The notes beneath the pieces are model-generated. The model did not search any database and was not told the origin of the DNA. It saw nothing but the letters and a program-made list of their open reading frames with translations. Made by a program: the position numbers and the translations under genes. From assembly GCA_963752565.1 (NCBI GenBank), contig CAVVZC010000019.1:21447-85446 (forward strand): a stretch of DNA of 64,000 nucleotides, in the 5' to 3' direction. Positions 47,279 to 57,444 of the stretch are shown here, one piece after another. Every line of letters starts with the position of its first letter. Positions within the stretch are counted from its first letter, which is position 1. The DNA is from an uncultured delta proteobacterium (GTDB lineage Bacteria > Desulfobacterota > Desulfobacteria > Desulfobacterales > UBA11574).

Positions 47279-49111
47279 ATGTCCCTTAATGAAAGTCCCG
47301 ATTGTCAAATCGAAAATATCATTCATGCTGACGAAATCGAGGTCATTGCCCAAGTCGCTACAACCCTTAAAGATGAACAAATACAGTATTTTTCGCGCAA
47401 TCATGACTGCCTGACAACGGACCTGCATAGCACAAAGGCCAGGCTTGGAATTAACCAGGAAAAACGGAGTGCCTTTGAACTCAAAGGGAACAAGATCTCT
47501 TATGAAGCGAGATTCTGGTTCTATATTCCCGAATACGCTGCAAACCTCACCATTAACGAGTTGATGATACCCGGCCTTGAGGTCGGCAAGATATACTTGA
47601 GAAATTCTAAACTCAAATACACTGCACAGGAACTCATCAACCTGATTTCAAATCGCATCATCATTGTTCCAAAGGGAACCAAAGTGCTTGAGGAAGGCAT
47701 TCTGGCTCTACCGGTGATGCCTTTTGTGCATCTTCCCAACCCCAAGGTCCTGACGCCTGAATATTTGAAGGCTGCCGTTCAAAAACATATCCCTCGTGAA
47801 GATCTATATTTTGTCCAGCCGGAGCAAAAGGTAGACCAGGTCATCGTGCCTGCCGGAAGCGGAGTCATATCCCATACGACCCTTTTTACTCAGCAAAACG
47901 AAATGTATATTATAGATCCGGAGCACTCAGATGCCCGGGTGGGGAGCAGACACACCAACGGAATCATCTATCTTGAGCTTGTTGGAGGAGAAAAAGATTT
48001 TGTCAAAGAGATGGCGCATTTCGAAATCTACAAACCCGCCTCCTCCCTGCAAAATGTTACGCGAAAGTTCTATATTGACCTAAACTCCGCCCTATTAGAA
48101 AAACTTTACGCGGAGCAGGCCGTTAACGAAAAAACCATCGCAGCCGTGAGTGAATCCGAAGGGCAAAGATTCATCAAGCTAAATGAAAGGTACGATCGTC
48201 TGCTACATGAACTGAAACCTGATACAGCATTGATCCTGCAGGACTTCCCTAATCGTCGCCTTGCATCTTATCTCATTGTCGCCGCTGACCTTGGCCTTCT
48301 CAGCGATCTGACATTCAGAAAGGCCCCTGAAGAAGAATACTTTTTCCGGTCAGAGCACCTTGTCTTTATGAATACGCTTCAGGATATGGGGGTAAAGATT
48401 TATTGGAAGAGCTCTCTGCAAGGTGATTTGGTCTTATACAAACGGTTCTTTATGAGGTCTTCGATAATACCTTCATTTCATGAGGCCTTCAGTTCAAGGA
48501 AACTGGCCGCAATTTACGGTACTGCGGGAGCCGTAGATGCCGACACCCGAAAAGAAATCATAGACAGCATCAAGTCATTCAAAGATTTCCACGGCGGCAT
48601 TTGCGGTATCCTTACCGGTGGCAGTGCCGGAAGTATTATGTCGTTTGTGTCCAAAACGGCATCTTCTCTTGGATTGCTCTGTGGCGCCGTATATTGGAAG
48701 ATTCCAGGGGTAGACATTTTTACCCAAGTGGATTTTGCAGCGCATTTAGGGCGAAATGATTTACTGGAAAGGCAGGAAATTTTATCTGAAACCACCGAGG
48801 CAGACATTTATTTCAAGGGCGGGGTCGGCACCAACCTTGAAAATGCCATCACCTTTGTAAAGAAGAAACTTGGTATTGGTTACTACAAACCCCAAATTTT
48901 TGTGGGAGAATTTTACAACCCGCTTCAAGACTTGCTCACTCATCTGACATCCGAGGGTATGGTTGATCCCAGCGTCTTTAAGAATTGCTATTTCATCAAA
49001 CATGGCGCTGAGATTTTCGAAACGCTTTGCAAACACTTCGGCTCGGAAGACAAAATGGTTCTTGAAGTCTCGGTGAACGAAAATCAGTTGTCCGATCCAA
49101 CCCAAAGATAA
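47279..49111 (+). CDS. Fusion protein: unknown ~400-aa N-terminal region plus C-terminal LOG/SLOG-like Rossmann domain
   Basis: The C-terminal ~200 aa has ILTGGSAGSIM and YFKGGVGTNLEN, matching the LOG-family GGxxGxM and PGGxGTxxE blocks. I recognise no family in the N-terminal region. Confidence 0.65.
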   Translation: MSLNESPDCQIENIIHADEIEVIAQVATTLKDEQIQYFSRNHDCLTTDLHSTKARLGINQEKRSAFELKGNKISYEARFWFYIPEYAANLTINELMIPGLEVGKIYLRNSKLKYTAQELINLISNRIIIVPKGTKVLEEGILALPVMPFVHLPNPKVLTPEYLKAAVQKHIPREDLYFVQPEQKVDQVIVPAGSGVISHTTLFTQQNEMYIIDPEHSDARVGSRHTNGIIYLELVGGEKDFVKEMAHFEIYKPASSLQNVTRKFYIDLNSALLEKLYAEQAVNEKTIAAVSESEGQRFIKLNERYDRLLHELKPDTALILQDFPNRRLASYLIVAADLGLLSDLTFRKAPEEEYFFRSEHLVFMNTLQDMGVKIYWKSSLQGDLVLYKRFFMRSSIIPSFHEAFSSRKLAAIYGTAGAVDADTRKEIIDSIKSFKDFHGGICGILTGGSAGSIMSFVSKTASSLGLLCGAVYWKIPGVDIFTQVDFAAHLGRNDLLERQEILSETTEADIYFKGGVGTNLENAITFVKKKLGIGYYKPQIFVGEFYNPLQDLLTHLTSEGMVDPSVFKNCYFIKHGAEIFETLCKHFGSEDKMVLEVSVNENQLSDPTQR

Positions 49112-49194
49112 CCGGAGATTTCATTTCACCCCTAAAATATAACCCCCAATTGAGCAAGAATCAGCAAAAAACCGTCTAAGGTTCCCCAACAGCC

Positions 49195-49653
49195 TTAAAT
49201 TTCAGATTGTTTTCCAGTCATGCTATGGATGTCGACTTTTATTATACTAGTAGATTTCAAAGATGCTTGTTCATATATAAATGATCCACCGGCGTATTGG
49301 TTCATAATGATATCAAAAGCCTGTCGTTTCAGATCATCATCAGCAACAAAGCTGGCTTTGCCAAACCCGATAACACTTCTATATTTCATTCCCCACTTAC
49401 ATGCCTTGGCTGATTTGATAACTTGTGTAAATATTTCAAATTCAAAACAAACATTAGGATTTTTTTTAAGAATTTCAATCTTTTTCCCTTTCGGGGCGCT
49501 ATGAAAATAAAGGGTATTATTTTTGAAACCAAAACACAGAGGAACGATGTAAGGCATGTTCTTTTCACACATTGCAAGTTTGCACACTTTTGATCTCAAA
49601 ATGATGCCTTCAATAGCTTTTTTATCGGTAATTTCTTTATCACTTCTTCTCAT
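49195..49653 (-). CDS. Pyridoxamine 5'-phosphate oxidase-like FMN-binding protein
   Basis: MRRSDKEITDKKAIEGIL..CKLAM...PYIVPLCFGF..NTLYFHSAPKGKKIEIL matches the PNPOx/NimA-like pattern. Confidence 0.8.
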   Translation of the reverse strand: MRRSDKEITDKKAIEGIILRSKVCKLAMCEKNMPYIVPLCFGFKNNTLYFHSAPKGKKIEILKKNPNVCFEFEIFTQVIKSAKACKWGMKYRSVIGFGKASFVADDDLKRQAFDIIMNQYAGGSFIYEQASLKSTSIIKVDIHSMTGKQSEI

Positions 49654-50023
49654 ATCATTTCACATTTTTTTATTTACTTCGTGTTCAATTTTCGCACCCG
49701 AATATTGCTAAAAAGCCTGTGAAGGTGGAATCCAAATGAAATTTTTTGAGGCAAAAAATTTCATTGGTTCATGATTGTATGGGGCCAAGACAAAAAATGA
49801 TTCCTGTATCAAAATATTATGCACAATGTATTTTCCCAAATCAATTAAATAAAGATAAAATCCGTGTTTAAACAGAATTTCCGACGCCATTATCAACGAA
49901 CGGTCAACAGTATGTTGTATATTTTATTCTTTATTACACAATATATCGTATTTTTTCTTGAAAAATCTTTTTATTTAATATAACAGACGATACTTGCTCT
50001 TAAATAAATAAAGGAGGAAATTT

Positions 50024-51052
50024 ATGAAAGTTATTGCGAGTGCGAACCAAAAAGGAGGATGTGGTAAGACAACAACAGCCATTAACCTTTCATCTTCATT
50101 ATCTTTAAAAGGACAAAAGGTATTGCTCATCGATTTTGATCCTCAGGCCCACGCAACCATGGGTCTAAACGTAAAGCCTTCCGATCTCGAGAAAACTATT
50201 TATGATGTGATAACACCAAAGAAAAATTGGCTTTGGGGGATTGAGGATATCTTGCTGCCTGTTAAAGATAACTTTGATCTTGCTCCTTCAAGCCTAATCC
50301 TCAGTGCATTCGAACAAGAGCTTTCAGGACTGGAGAGGAGGGAAGACAGACTCTTTCGGGCCATTCAGCCTCTCAAAGAACAATATGACTTTATTGTAAT
50401 TGATTGTCCCCCTAGCATTGGGCATCTTAGCTTTAATGCACTTCGTGCCTGCGATGAAGTAATTATCCCCATCGATATGAGCCTTTTTTCTCTTCGTGGT
50501 GTTTCCAAACTAATAGAAATCATTATCCTGCTAAAAGACAAAATTGGCCATGATGTTATATCTCGTGCTCTTATCACGATGTATGATCGCAGGACACGGT
50601 ACTCCAGGGTTGTTCTAGAAAAAGTTCAGGCAGAATTTGGGGACAATGTCTTTGACACGGTAATTCGTTACAATATCCGTCTCAGGGAATCAGCAGATTT
50701 TGGCCTGCCTGTTGGAGATTATGATAAAAATGCCATCGGTCATAAGGATTACGAAAACCTGGCTGAGGAGGTTCTCTGTTCAGAGGAAGCCAGGCCCCAC
50801 CACAATCTCAACACCTCCAATGTGGCACAAGATATGTTGCAGAAGACAGAAGAATATATTAACACTGCCGCGGAATTGCCCGAGGATGAACTGGCTGGCG
50901 CTGAGAGGGAGGAATTTTCCGAGGATGAATCGCCGGCTTCTGAAATAGAGGAATTTCCTGCGTATTCTTCTCAATCCAATTATTCACAGATGGTTGATGC
51001 CATTGTCACTGAATCCACTGATTCTTTTCCAAAAGATGAGGATGGGATTTAA
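50024..51052 (+). CDS. ParA/MinD-family ATPase with acidic C-terminal extension
   Basis: Deviant Walker A NQKGGCGKTTT, then DFDPQAH and IVIDCPP. About 80 aa of acidic tail is unusual for ParA. Strong AAAGGAGG RBS. Confidence 0.88.
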   Translation: MKVIASANQKGGCGKTTTAINLSSSLSLKGQKVLLIDFDPQAHATMGLNVKPSDLEKTIYDVITPKKNWLWGIEDILLPVKDNFDLAPSSLILSAFEQELSGLERREDRLFRAIQPLKEQYDFIVIDCPPSIGHLSFNALRACDEVIIPIDMSLFSLRGVSKLIEIIILLKDKIGHDVISRALITMYDRRTRYSRVVLEKVQAEFGDNVFDTVIRYNIRLRESADFGLPVGDYDKNAIGHKDYENLAEEVLCSEEARPHHNLNTSNVAQDMLQKTEEYINTAAELPEDELAGAEREEFSEDESPASEIEEFPAYSSQSNYSQMVDAIVTESTDSFPKDEDGI

Positions 51053-51106
51053 AGTTTATCCATCGGTGCTAAAACGAAAAGGAGGAGGCAAAGGGGCGCA
51101 TTCTAA

Positions 51107-51424
51107 ATGGAAAAAAAGAGCTTGGGAAGAGGAATACAGGAGATCTCAAACATATTTTTGTCGACCAAAGAGAACTCAAATGAGAATTCGCATCAGGCCA
51201 AAGATCAATGCGAAATCCAGGAAACAGTGACTGTTCGCAAAAAACTCGCATTTTACAATGATGAAAATGTTCAAAAAAATATGGCAAGATCCCTGTCCAA
51301 GCATATAGATAAAGGATATAATATAAGGCGTATTTATCTACAAAAAAATGACGATATTTCAACACCGGGAAGCAGAATACACAGAAAGGAAGATGTAATT
51401 ATTTCTATAAAATCCTCTAGCTGA
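51107..51424 (+). CDS. Small hypothetical protein with ParB-like N-terminal LGRG peptide (candidate ParA partner)
   Basis: The 105-aa product begins MEKKSLGRGIQEISNIFL, resembling the ParB N-terminal LGRGLxxLL ATPase-stimulating peptide. It lies 54 nt downstream of parA on the same strand. Confidence 0.55.
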   Translation: MEKKSLGRGIQEISNIFLSTKENSNENSHQAKDQCEIQETVTVRKKLAFYNDENVQKNMARSLSKHIDKGYNIRRIYLQKNDDISTPGSRIHRKEDVIISIKSSS

Positions 51425-51981
51425 TCTTTTGTTTTAACTTTCTTCAAATATTATTCTTTTGCTGGTTATTGAGGATTTTCAGTTATCGAGGTCTCAGAAA
51501 TTGTAGATTTACTTAGTAAGCCAATACGAGAAAGTGATATGCTAAAGGGTCAGAATATTATTCTCTTATCAGTGGTTTGGTTGCGGCTGTGATCTGTAGA
51601 TGATATTTCAGGAATTGTAGTGATGATTCGAACCCAATGCTCACGATTTTTAGGAGCACTCTCATTCATCAACGAGGCAGACTCAAAAAAAACCGGCAAA
51701 CCGGTGAAAATTCAGACCACAATATATTGATCTTCCCTGCCTTCATTCAGCCAGGAAAATGAGGATTCATTCAAGTGTGATACTCATAAGGTATCAAATT
51801 CATTAAGGGATTTTATTGCTCAGCGATAAATTGCAGATATCTACAATCGAGGTATATTTCCAATCATTGGAGATGAACCGGTTTCACACCAAATATCATC
51901 ACCACAATATCTAAAAAAATCGATCAGATTGCAGCCGATAGTCCTCATTTAGGAAAAAATAAAGCGGACAACTTCTATTTG

Positions 51982-52995
51982 TCAATGCACGCTAAATCCA
52001 AACACAAACTCATCCAATTCATCCAGGTACTTTTGTTTCTCTATTGGATTGAGAAATGAAGCTTGGAAGGCATTGCGAGCAAGCTTATAAATATCTTGAA
52101 AATCTAAACCCTGCGCTTTGTGCAGCGCTCGAAAATTCTCTTCGATATAGCCACCAAAATAAGCCGGATCATCAGAGTTTACCGTTACGCACAGGCCTAA
52201 GTTTAGCATTTTTTTGATGTTATGCTGATTCATGTTTTCAAAAATCCGGAGCTTGACGTTTGACAACGGACAGACCGTTAAAGGAACTTGCTCTTTCACC
52301 AGATATTCCACCAGATTGGCATCTTCAACACAGCGAATCCCGTGATCTATCCGCCCAACTTTCAGGGACTTTAAGGCTTGCCAGATGTACTCCGGAGGGC
52401 CTTCTTCGCCGGCATGGGCAACGGCTTTAAATCCCTTTTGGCGTGCCAGGTCGAAAACCGGCGTAAACTTTTCCGGCGGAAACCCCCATTCAGAAGAATC
52501 CAGTCCCACGGCAGTAATCCAATCTTTAAACGGCAGAGCCTTCTCAAGGATCTCCATCGCCTCTGCTACACTCAGATGCCTTAAAAAACACATGATTAAT
52601 TTTGATGACAGGTCTAGATGAAGCCTGGCATCCATCAAGGCCCGGTGAATCCCCTGCAGAACCGTTTCAAATTTGATCCCTCGCGCAGTGTGAGTTTGGG
52701 GATCAAAAAATATTTCCGTATGGCGAACATTCTGTTCAGCGGCTTTTTGAAGGTAGGCCCAGGTCATCTGATAAAAATCATCTTCATTGAGCAGCACTTG
52801 TGTCCCTTGATAATAGATATCCAGAAAGGATTGGAGATTCTTAAAAACATAAGCCCGACGGATATCGTCAACCGATTCAAAGGGAAGATAAAGGGCGTTC
52901 TTCGTCGCAATTTCAAACATTAGTTCCGGTTCGAGCGAACCTTCGATGTGAATATGCAATTCCGCTTTGGGAATGCCATGAATAAATGCTTCCAT
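51982..52995 (-). CDS. add: Adenosine/adenine deaminase
   Basis: [19 protein letters not shown] and [10 protein letters not shown] metal and active-site motifs. Confidence 0.9.
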   Translation of the reverse strand: MEAFIHGIPKAELHIHIEGSLEPELMFEIATKNALYLPFESVDDIRRAYVFKNLQSFLDIYYQGTQVLLNEDDFYQMTWAYLQKAAEQNVRHTEIFFDPQTHTARGIKFETVLQGIHRALMDARLHLDLSSKLIMCFLRHLSVAEAMEILEKALPFKDWITAVGLDSSEWGFPPEKFTPVFDLARQKGFKAVAHAGEEGPPEYIWQALKSLKVGRIDHGIRCVEDANLVEYLVKEQVPLTVCPLSNVKLRIFENMNQHNIKKMLNLGLCVTVNSDDPAYFGGYIEENFRALHKAQGLDFQDIYKLARNAFQASFLNPIEKQKYLDELDEFVFGFSVH

Positions 52996-53334
52996 TTTCT
53001 TAAAAACTACCCAAAAAGGTGTAAATTCATAGATCTCATGTTGCTCTAAAGCCCCGGTCGATGCCTCAAATCACAGGTACTTACAATCTGAGGGGTGTCA
53101 TATCTTCATCTCAAGAAAGATCAAGATTCTTGGCCCATTGACTTTGACCACTGAAGGTTTGTGGAAGAAGCGACTCTTCCTAAGCGTTGCCATTGTTCCA
53201 ATTTAGATAATGGTAGTAAATATACAATTTATCCACCCTGGCTTTACGGGGAGAAAAAAACGCCCAGGCAGCATGCAAATTGTACCCCGGCATATATATT
53301 TTCTTTCCTGTTCAGCTAATGCATATTTCAGCTA

Positions 53335-55041
53335 TTATGCAGGAACCATCTCCTCACCATAATGAACCTTTAGCACTATTATACTTTCGATAATCATCCA
53401 GATCTCCAGGATAAATACAGCTAGTCCAATGACCAAAAGTAGCCAGTTGGAGGTATTAAAAAATTTCTGAATGTTAAGGATCATGGCCCATCCAGTCATG
53501 AAAATCATAAAAACCATGGGAATGCCGGTGTACGCCATACTCACCTTTTTACGTGTCAGATAGATGCTGACCACGAGCAGTGCCAACCCGGCCAGAAGCT
53601 GATTCGTTGCGCCAAACAAAGGCCAGAGGGTGAGGGCGCCTTTGCCACTGCCATTGTAAAAAGCAAGGAACAAGGCTGTTCCCACAGCAATAATGGTTGC
53701 CGGATGCTTCTTGGCAACAGTCGGCGCACCCCAGGCTGTTGCCAGTTCAGCAACGATATATCGCTGCAACCGGGTGGCGGTATCAAGCGTGGTGGCGGCA
53801 AAGGAGGCAACGAAAACACCCATGATGGTAAGGGTTATTTTGTGCGGAATACCAATTGACTCGATCATGTTGGCAGCGCCGACTACGAAGGAGTTGATCT
53901 TAGAACCCAGACCGGCAGCGGCGCCCCAGCTGGCATAATTTTGGTTAAAAGCTGCTATCCCGGTGAAGGTTTCGCCGCCCTTAGTAAGTCCAAGGGCCAA
54001 ACCGGCGCCACAGGCGACGATAACAAAGGTGGCAAGCATTCCCTCCAGGAGCATACCGCCATAGCCTATGGCAAGCGCGTCGGTTTCATAATGACACTGC
54101 TTGGATGTGGTGCCCGAGGAGACCAGAGAGTGAAATCCGGATATGGCCCCACAGGCAATCACCACGAAGATCATTGGCCAAACAGGCGGAGCTCCTTTGG
54201 GTTCAAAATTCACCGCCGGCGCTACCATGTTAGGATGGGCCACAAGAATACCCAGAGCGAGCAAGACCAGGGCTACCATAAGCTGGTGGGAATTGATATA
54301 ATCCCTTGGCTGTAGCAGGGTTTGGACCGGCAAGGTGGAGGCGATGTAGGCATAGACCAGCAAAAGAATAACCCACACGCCTATCGGACTAATTCCGAAT
54401 ATGGCCGGCATCTTGATGGGCACATAAGAGCCGATGATCACGGTGAAATACATTATCACAACGGCGATAATACTCAGCTGGAAGTGATTCCCACCTTTCT
54501 TGTAGATCATGTGTCCAAGCCAAACGGCAATGGGGATTTCCAACCAAACTGGAAGAACTGCCTGAGGGAACATTTTGAAGACAACCGCTATAACCACGCC
54601 AAAGATGGCCACCACTATCAAGAGCTCAAAGAAAATAATGAGGAGAAACAGTGTGCGCACCCGTTCATTAACGATGTCAGAGGCAACATCGCCGATGGAT
54701 CGGCCCTGGTTGCGCAGCGAGACCACTAAGGATCCGAAGTCATGCACAGCGCCCATTAAAATGGAACCGAAAAGGATCCATATCAGAGCCGGAACCCAGC
54801 CCCAGATAATGCCAATGGCTGGTCCAACAATAGGACCGGTACCGGCAATAGACGTAAAATGATGACCGAAGATGATAGGTTTTTTTGTAGGAACAAAATC
54901 CACGTCATCCTTAAACTCTGTACTGGGGCAGACGGCGTCAGGGTTTAATTTAAAAATCTTACGACCCAGGAATTTTCCATAGGTGTGATAAGCAACCAGA
55001 TACAAAATGGCCGCTCCAGCAGCTAATATTAGTGAATTCAT
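53335..55041 (-). CDS. cstA: Carbon starvation protein CstA (peptide/pyruvate transporter family)
   Basis: FGHHFTSIAGTGPIVGPA and GAISGFHSLVSSGTTSKQ motifs, 568 aa, polytopic. Confidence 0.92.
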   Translation of the reverse strand: MNSLILAAGAAILYLVAYHTYGKFLGRKIFKLNPDAVCPSTEFKDDVDFVPTKKPIIFGHHFTSIAGTGPIVGPAIGIIWGWVPALIWILFGSILMGAVHDFGSLVVSLRNQGRSIGDVASDIVNERVRTLFLLIIFFELLIVVAIFGVVIAVVFKMFPQAVLPVWLEIPIAVWLGHMIYKKGGNHFQLSIIAVVIMYFTVIIGSYVPIKMPAIFGISPIGVWVILLLVYAYIASTLPVQTLLQPRDYINSHQLMVALVLLALGILVAHPNMVAPAVNFEPKGAPPVWPMIFVVIACGAISGFHSLVSSGTTSKQCHYETDALAIGYGGMLLEGMLATFVIVACGAGLALGLTKGGETFTGIAAFNQNYASWGAAAGLGSKINSFVVGAANMIESIGIPHKITLTIMGVFVASFAATTLDTATRLQRYIVAELATAWGAPTVAKKHPATIIAVGTALFLAFYNGSGKGALTLWPLFGATNQLLAGLALLVVSIYLTRKKVSMAYTGIPMVFMIFMTGWAMILNIQKFFNTSNWLLLVIGLAVFILEIWMIIESIIVLKVHYGEEMVPA

Positions 55042-55464
55042 ATGCCCTCCTTTCGATAAGATAAAAATTCCCTTTCCCTAAATAACAGCTACTTCTGTTA
55101 AGAGTAATACTGACTATTTTAAGGGAGTTGTCATGTGAAACCTCACTAAAAGAGGTTAAATGATTTGAGTGATAAATCATTGGATAATGAGTTGCCAAGT
55201 ATGATTGAGGTCAGCAAGCCAAGAGATGATTTAGTATGATAGCTAATGCAATGCAGAAATCGGATGCCGAAAAAATATTTTTAACTTGAAAACGATGTTG
55301 AAGATTGTCAACCTTTACTATCTGGAAGCTGCAAAGAAGTAACTCTGGCTCACCATTTCGCTGGGCGGTTTAAACGTTGGATGTAAGTAAAAAAACGGAA
55401 CCGATGACTCCGCCCTGTTCTTTGAAAAAATGAAAGGGCAGCTATTAGAGTAACTCCTGCTAAT

Positions 55465-55764
55465 CTACTTATCTTCAACTACATCCCAATTTGACTCAAA
55501 AGTATTATCATGGAGCGTATATGCATATCCGAACATCTTTCCGATTCCTGGTAGTACACCTTTTTGGACTTTCCAGTAGGCAAGATAAATGGCCGGAAGC
55601 AGGCCACCTTCCCCAGACTGCGGATCATGCGCGGTATGTTGCCAAATCTCCCTTTTCTCCATTACTCTCCAAATAGTGCCATACTTTTTACTCCTGACTA
55701 TTTGTCCTACATGAGGTAGTTTCTTTTGTCTAAAAACTTCATCGTGTGCTACCTGCATGGTCAT
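55465..55764 (-). CDS. Hypothetical protein
   Basis: 100 aa starting MTMQVAHDE, with AGGAGG RBS directly upstream. I recognise no family. Confidence 0.5.
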   Translation of the reverse strand: MTMQVAHDEVFRQKKLPHVGQIVRSKKYGTIWRVMEKREIWQHTAHDPQSGEGGLLPAIYLAYWKVQKGVLPGIGKMFGYAYTLHDNTFESNWDVVEDK

Positions 55765-56152
55765 ACCTCCTTTGGATATATGAGCCGTTACCCATATAGA
55801 GCGTGGAGTCGCAAGTTTAAAGAAAAATATTGTTTGAAAAGCGATTTTTCTCAAGCATAAAATTATTCAAAAATGAAGGCTTCCCTAAATGCCGTTATTA
55901 ACGTCGGTACATGTTAAAATTATGTATAAATAAATACAGTCGACCGAAGTATAAGATGCACGCACACCAGAGAAACCATAAATTAAGTGCCACCTCAAAC
56001 TCCCTTTTTAAGTTTAACCTCTGGAGGCTCTTAACCATCACGTGGTTTTTAATATAGATGTTGAAGTTGGGTGGCATTTTATTGCGTTATTACATAGACT
56101 GCATTGTCGTTATTTGCCTGTGCGGCATACGTGTATTTTGGTAAATGAAATG

Positions 56153-56365
56153 TTATTCCAAAGCCAGCATTCCGCTATCGATCTGATTTTTTAATTCTTT
56201 AAGGAGCATCGATAATTCTTTTTCTCGTTGCGCTTTAAACGTTGTCCATAATTCCTGGCTGGATTTACTATTTGCCGCGTCGAGTTTATAAGTATCATAC
56301 CGGTAAAGGCTTTTTGATACTATTGTGATAGTTTCCAATAGATTATAACTAACATTTTTTAACAT
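56153..56365 (-). CDS. Hypothetical small helical protein
   Basis: 70 aa with a G-rich RBS (AAGGGGGG) about 5 nt upstream of the ATG. I recognise no family. Confidence 0.5.
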   Translation of the reverse strand: MLKNVSYNLLETITIVSKSLYRYDTYKLDAANSKSSQELWTTFKAQREKELSMLLKELKNQIDSGMLALE

Positions 56366-56679
56366 GGTTTCCCCCCTTATTTTCTTTTAATTATGTCATT
56401 TGATATTATTCGGCCCTTGTCTAAGTGCTGCGTATGCCGCACCCAATAAAACCCGCTTTTAAAGATAGGAAATGAATTAAGATAGAACGGCCAGTGAGAA
56501 TGTAACCTGTGTTAGGTGGTTTTCTGCTCAAGGTCAGGTGGAGTTCTTAGATATTAGAGGAATAGCTTAGGTATCGCTGCAATGGGAAGTTTGCACTTCT
56601 TTGGGGGTTATAGCAATTATTAGACCCCATCTGTTCAGTAGGATTATTTAAATTTAAGGACATGCCTACTCATAAATCA

Positions 56680-56916
56680 TCAATCAACGGGTATATCTTC
56701 TGCTTTTGATGTACGCGGCCACTCTATCTCTAACACACCGCCTTCTTGAAGCCTGACTCTGATGTCTTTCTTTTCTATATCTTTTCTTAGCTTCAGCTTG
56801 ACAATGTGGCTGCCAGAAGTTCTGGAATACCCAACTTTAAATGGGCGAGAAAATCCGCTCATTTGAAAAGGGCCAAATCTGAAATCAAAGAAATCATCAA
56901 ATTCACCAAATGTCAT
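56680..56916 (-). CDS. Short Hsp20/alpha-crystallin-like protein
   Basis: IVKLKLRKDIEKKDIRVRLQEGGVLEIEWPR resembles the central strands of an alpha-crystallin domain. AAGGAG lies 5 nt upstream of the ATG. It lies 20 nt downstream of the receiver gene. Confidence 0.5.
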   Translation of the reverse strand: MTFGEFDDFFDFRFGPFQMSGFSRPFKVGYSRTSGSHIVKLKLRKDIEKKDIRVRLQEGGVLEIEWPRTSKAEDIPVD

Positions 56917-56936
56917 ACATGCTCCTTTTTTTTGTT

Positions 56937-57317
56937 TTACGTCTCCTTGGCGACGGGCCTCCTAAGTATTAAGGTGGCTATCTTTTGTTTTAAATCATCA
57001 CATAGAAAATGGCTCTTAATCACATATCCATCTGCTTGAGAAAGTCGGGAATCAAACAGGTATTTGTCGTACGCTGTAAAGATCAGCACTGGAAGATCTG
57101 GGCCTTGTATTTTAATCTCTCTTAAAATATCCCAAACGACAAAGCCATGCTTCAAATAAAGGTTCAGGAGAACCAAGTCGGGTTTAAAGGAAAATATGTT
57201 TTTCCTGACGGACTCGATATCATCCGTCGTTGAAACCTTATGCCCTTCACCGGACAGCCCTTCTTTGCATAGATCCTTTACCCACGCTTGGTCATCTATG
57301 ATAAGTATGTTGGCCAT
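56937..57317 (-). CDS. Single-domain receiver (CheY-like) lacking the phospho-acceptor Asp
   Basis: ILIIDDQ, PVLIFTAYD and YVIKS are conserved, but the beta3 acceptor position reads PDLVLLNLYL (AAC codon, forward 57162-57164) instead of D. Confidence 0.8.
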   Translation of the reverse strand: MANILIIDDQAWVKDLCKEGLSGEGHKVSTTDDIESVRKNIFSFKPDLVLLNLYLKHGFVVWDILREIKIQGPDLPVLIFTAYDKYLFDSRLSQADGYVIKSHFLCDDLKQKIATLILRRPVAKET

Positions 57318-57444
57318 CGTGTCTTTTTTCGATTGCAGGTTTCGGATAATGGAATTCGGATTTAAAAGTTGAATTCATAACTCTCAATATGCATCCTATT
57401 ATCTGTACCCAATCTTTATCGATTTTCCAGATATATCATTTTGT

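Noticed and set aside
51625-51635. tRNA T-loop-like gggttcgaatc on the minus strand, considered as a possible tRNA or att-site remnant
   Set aside because: The flanking bases cannot form a T-stem, acceptor stem or anticodon arm, so no cloverleaf can be drawn.
52996-53334. Purine riboswitch upstream of the adenosine deaminase gene
   Set aside because: The minus-strand leader lacks the conserved junction motifs (UAUAAU, UUUCUACC, a CCGUAAAU-type P3 context). Only a fortuitous ccgtaaa is present.
56120-56442. 12-bp inverted repeat (gtgcggcatacg / cgtatgccgcac) flanking the 70-aa ORF, considered as an invertible or regulatory cassette
   Set aside because: By rough estimate, a 12-mer inverted match within a few hundred bp is expected by chance about once or twice in a 64-kb window. 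There is no recombinase nearby and no extension of the repeat.
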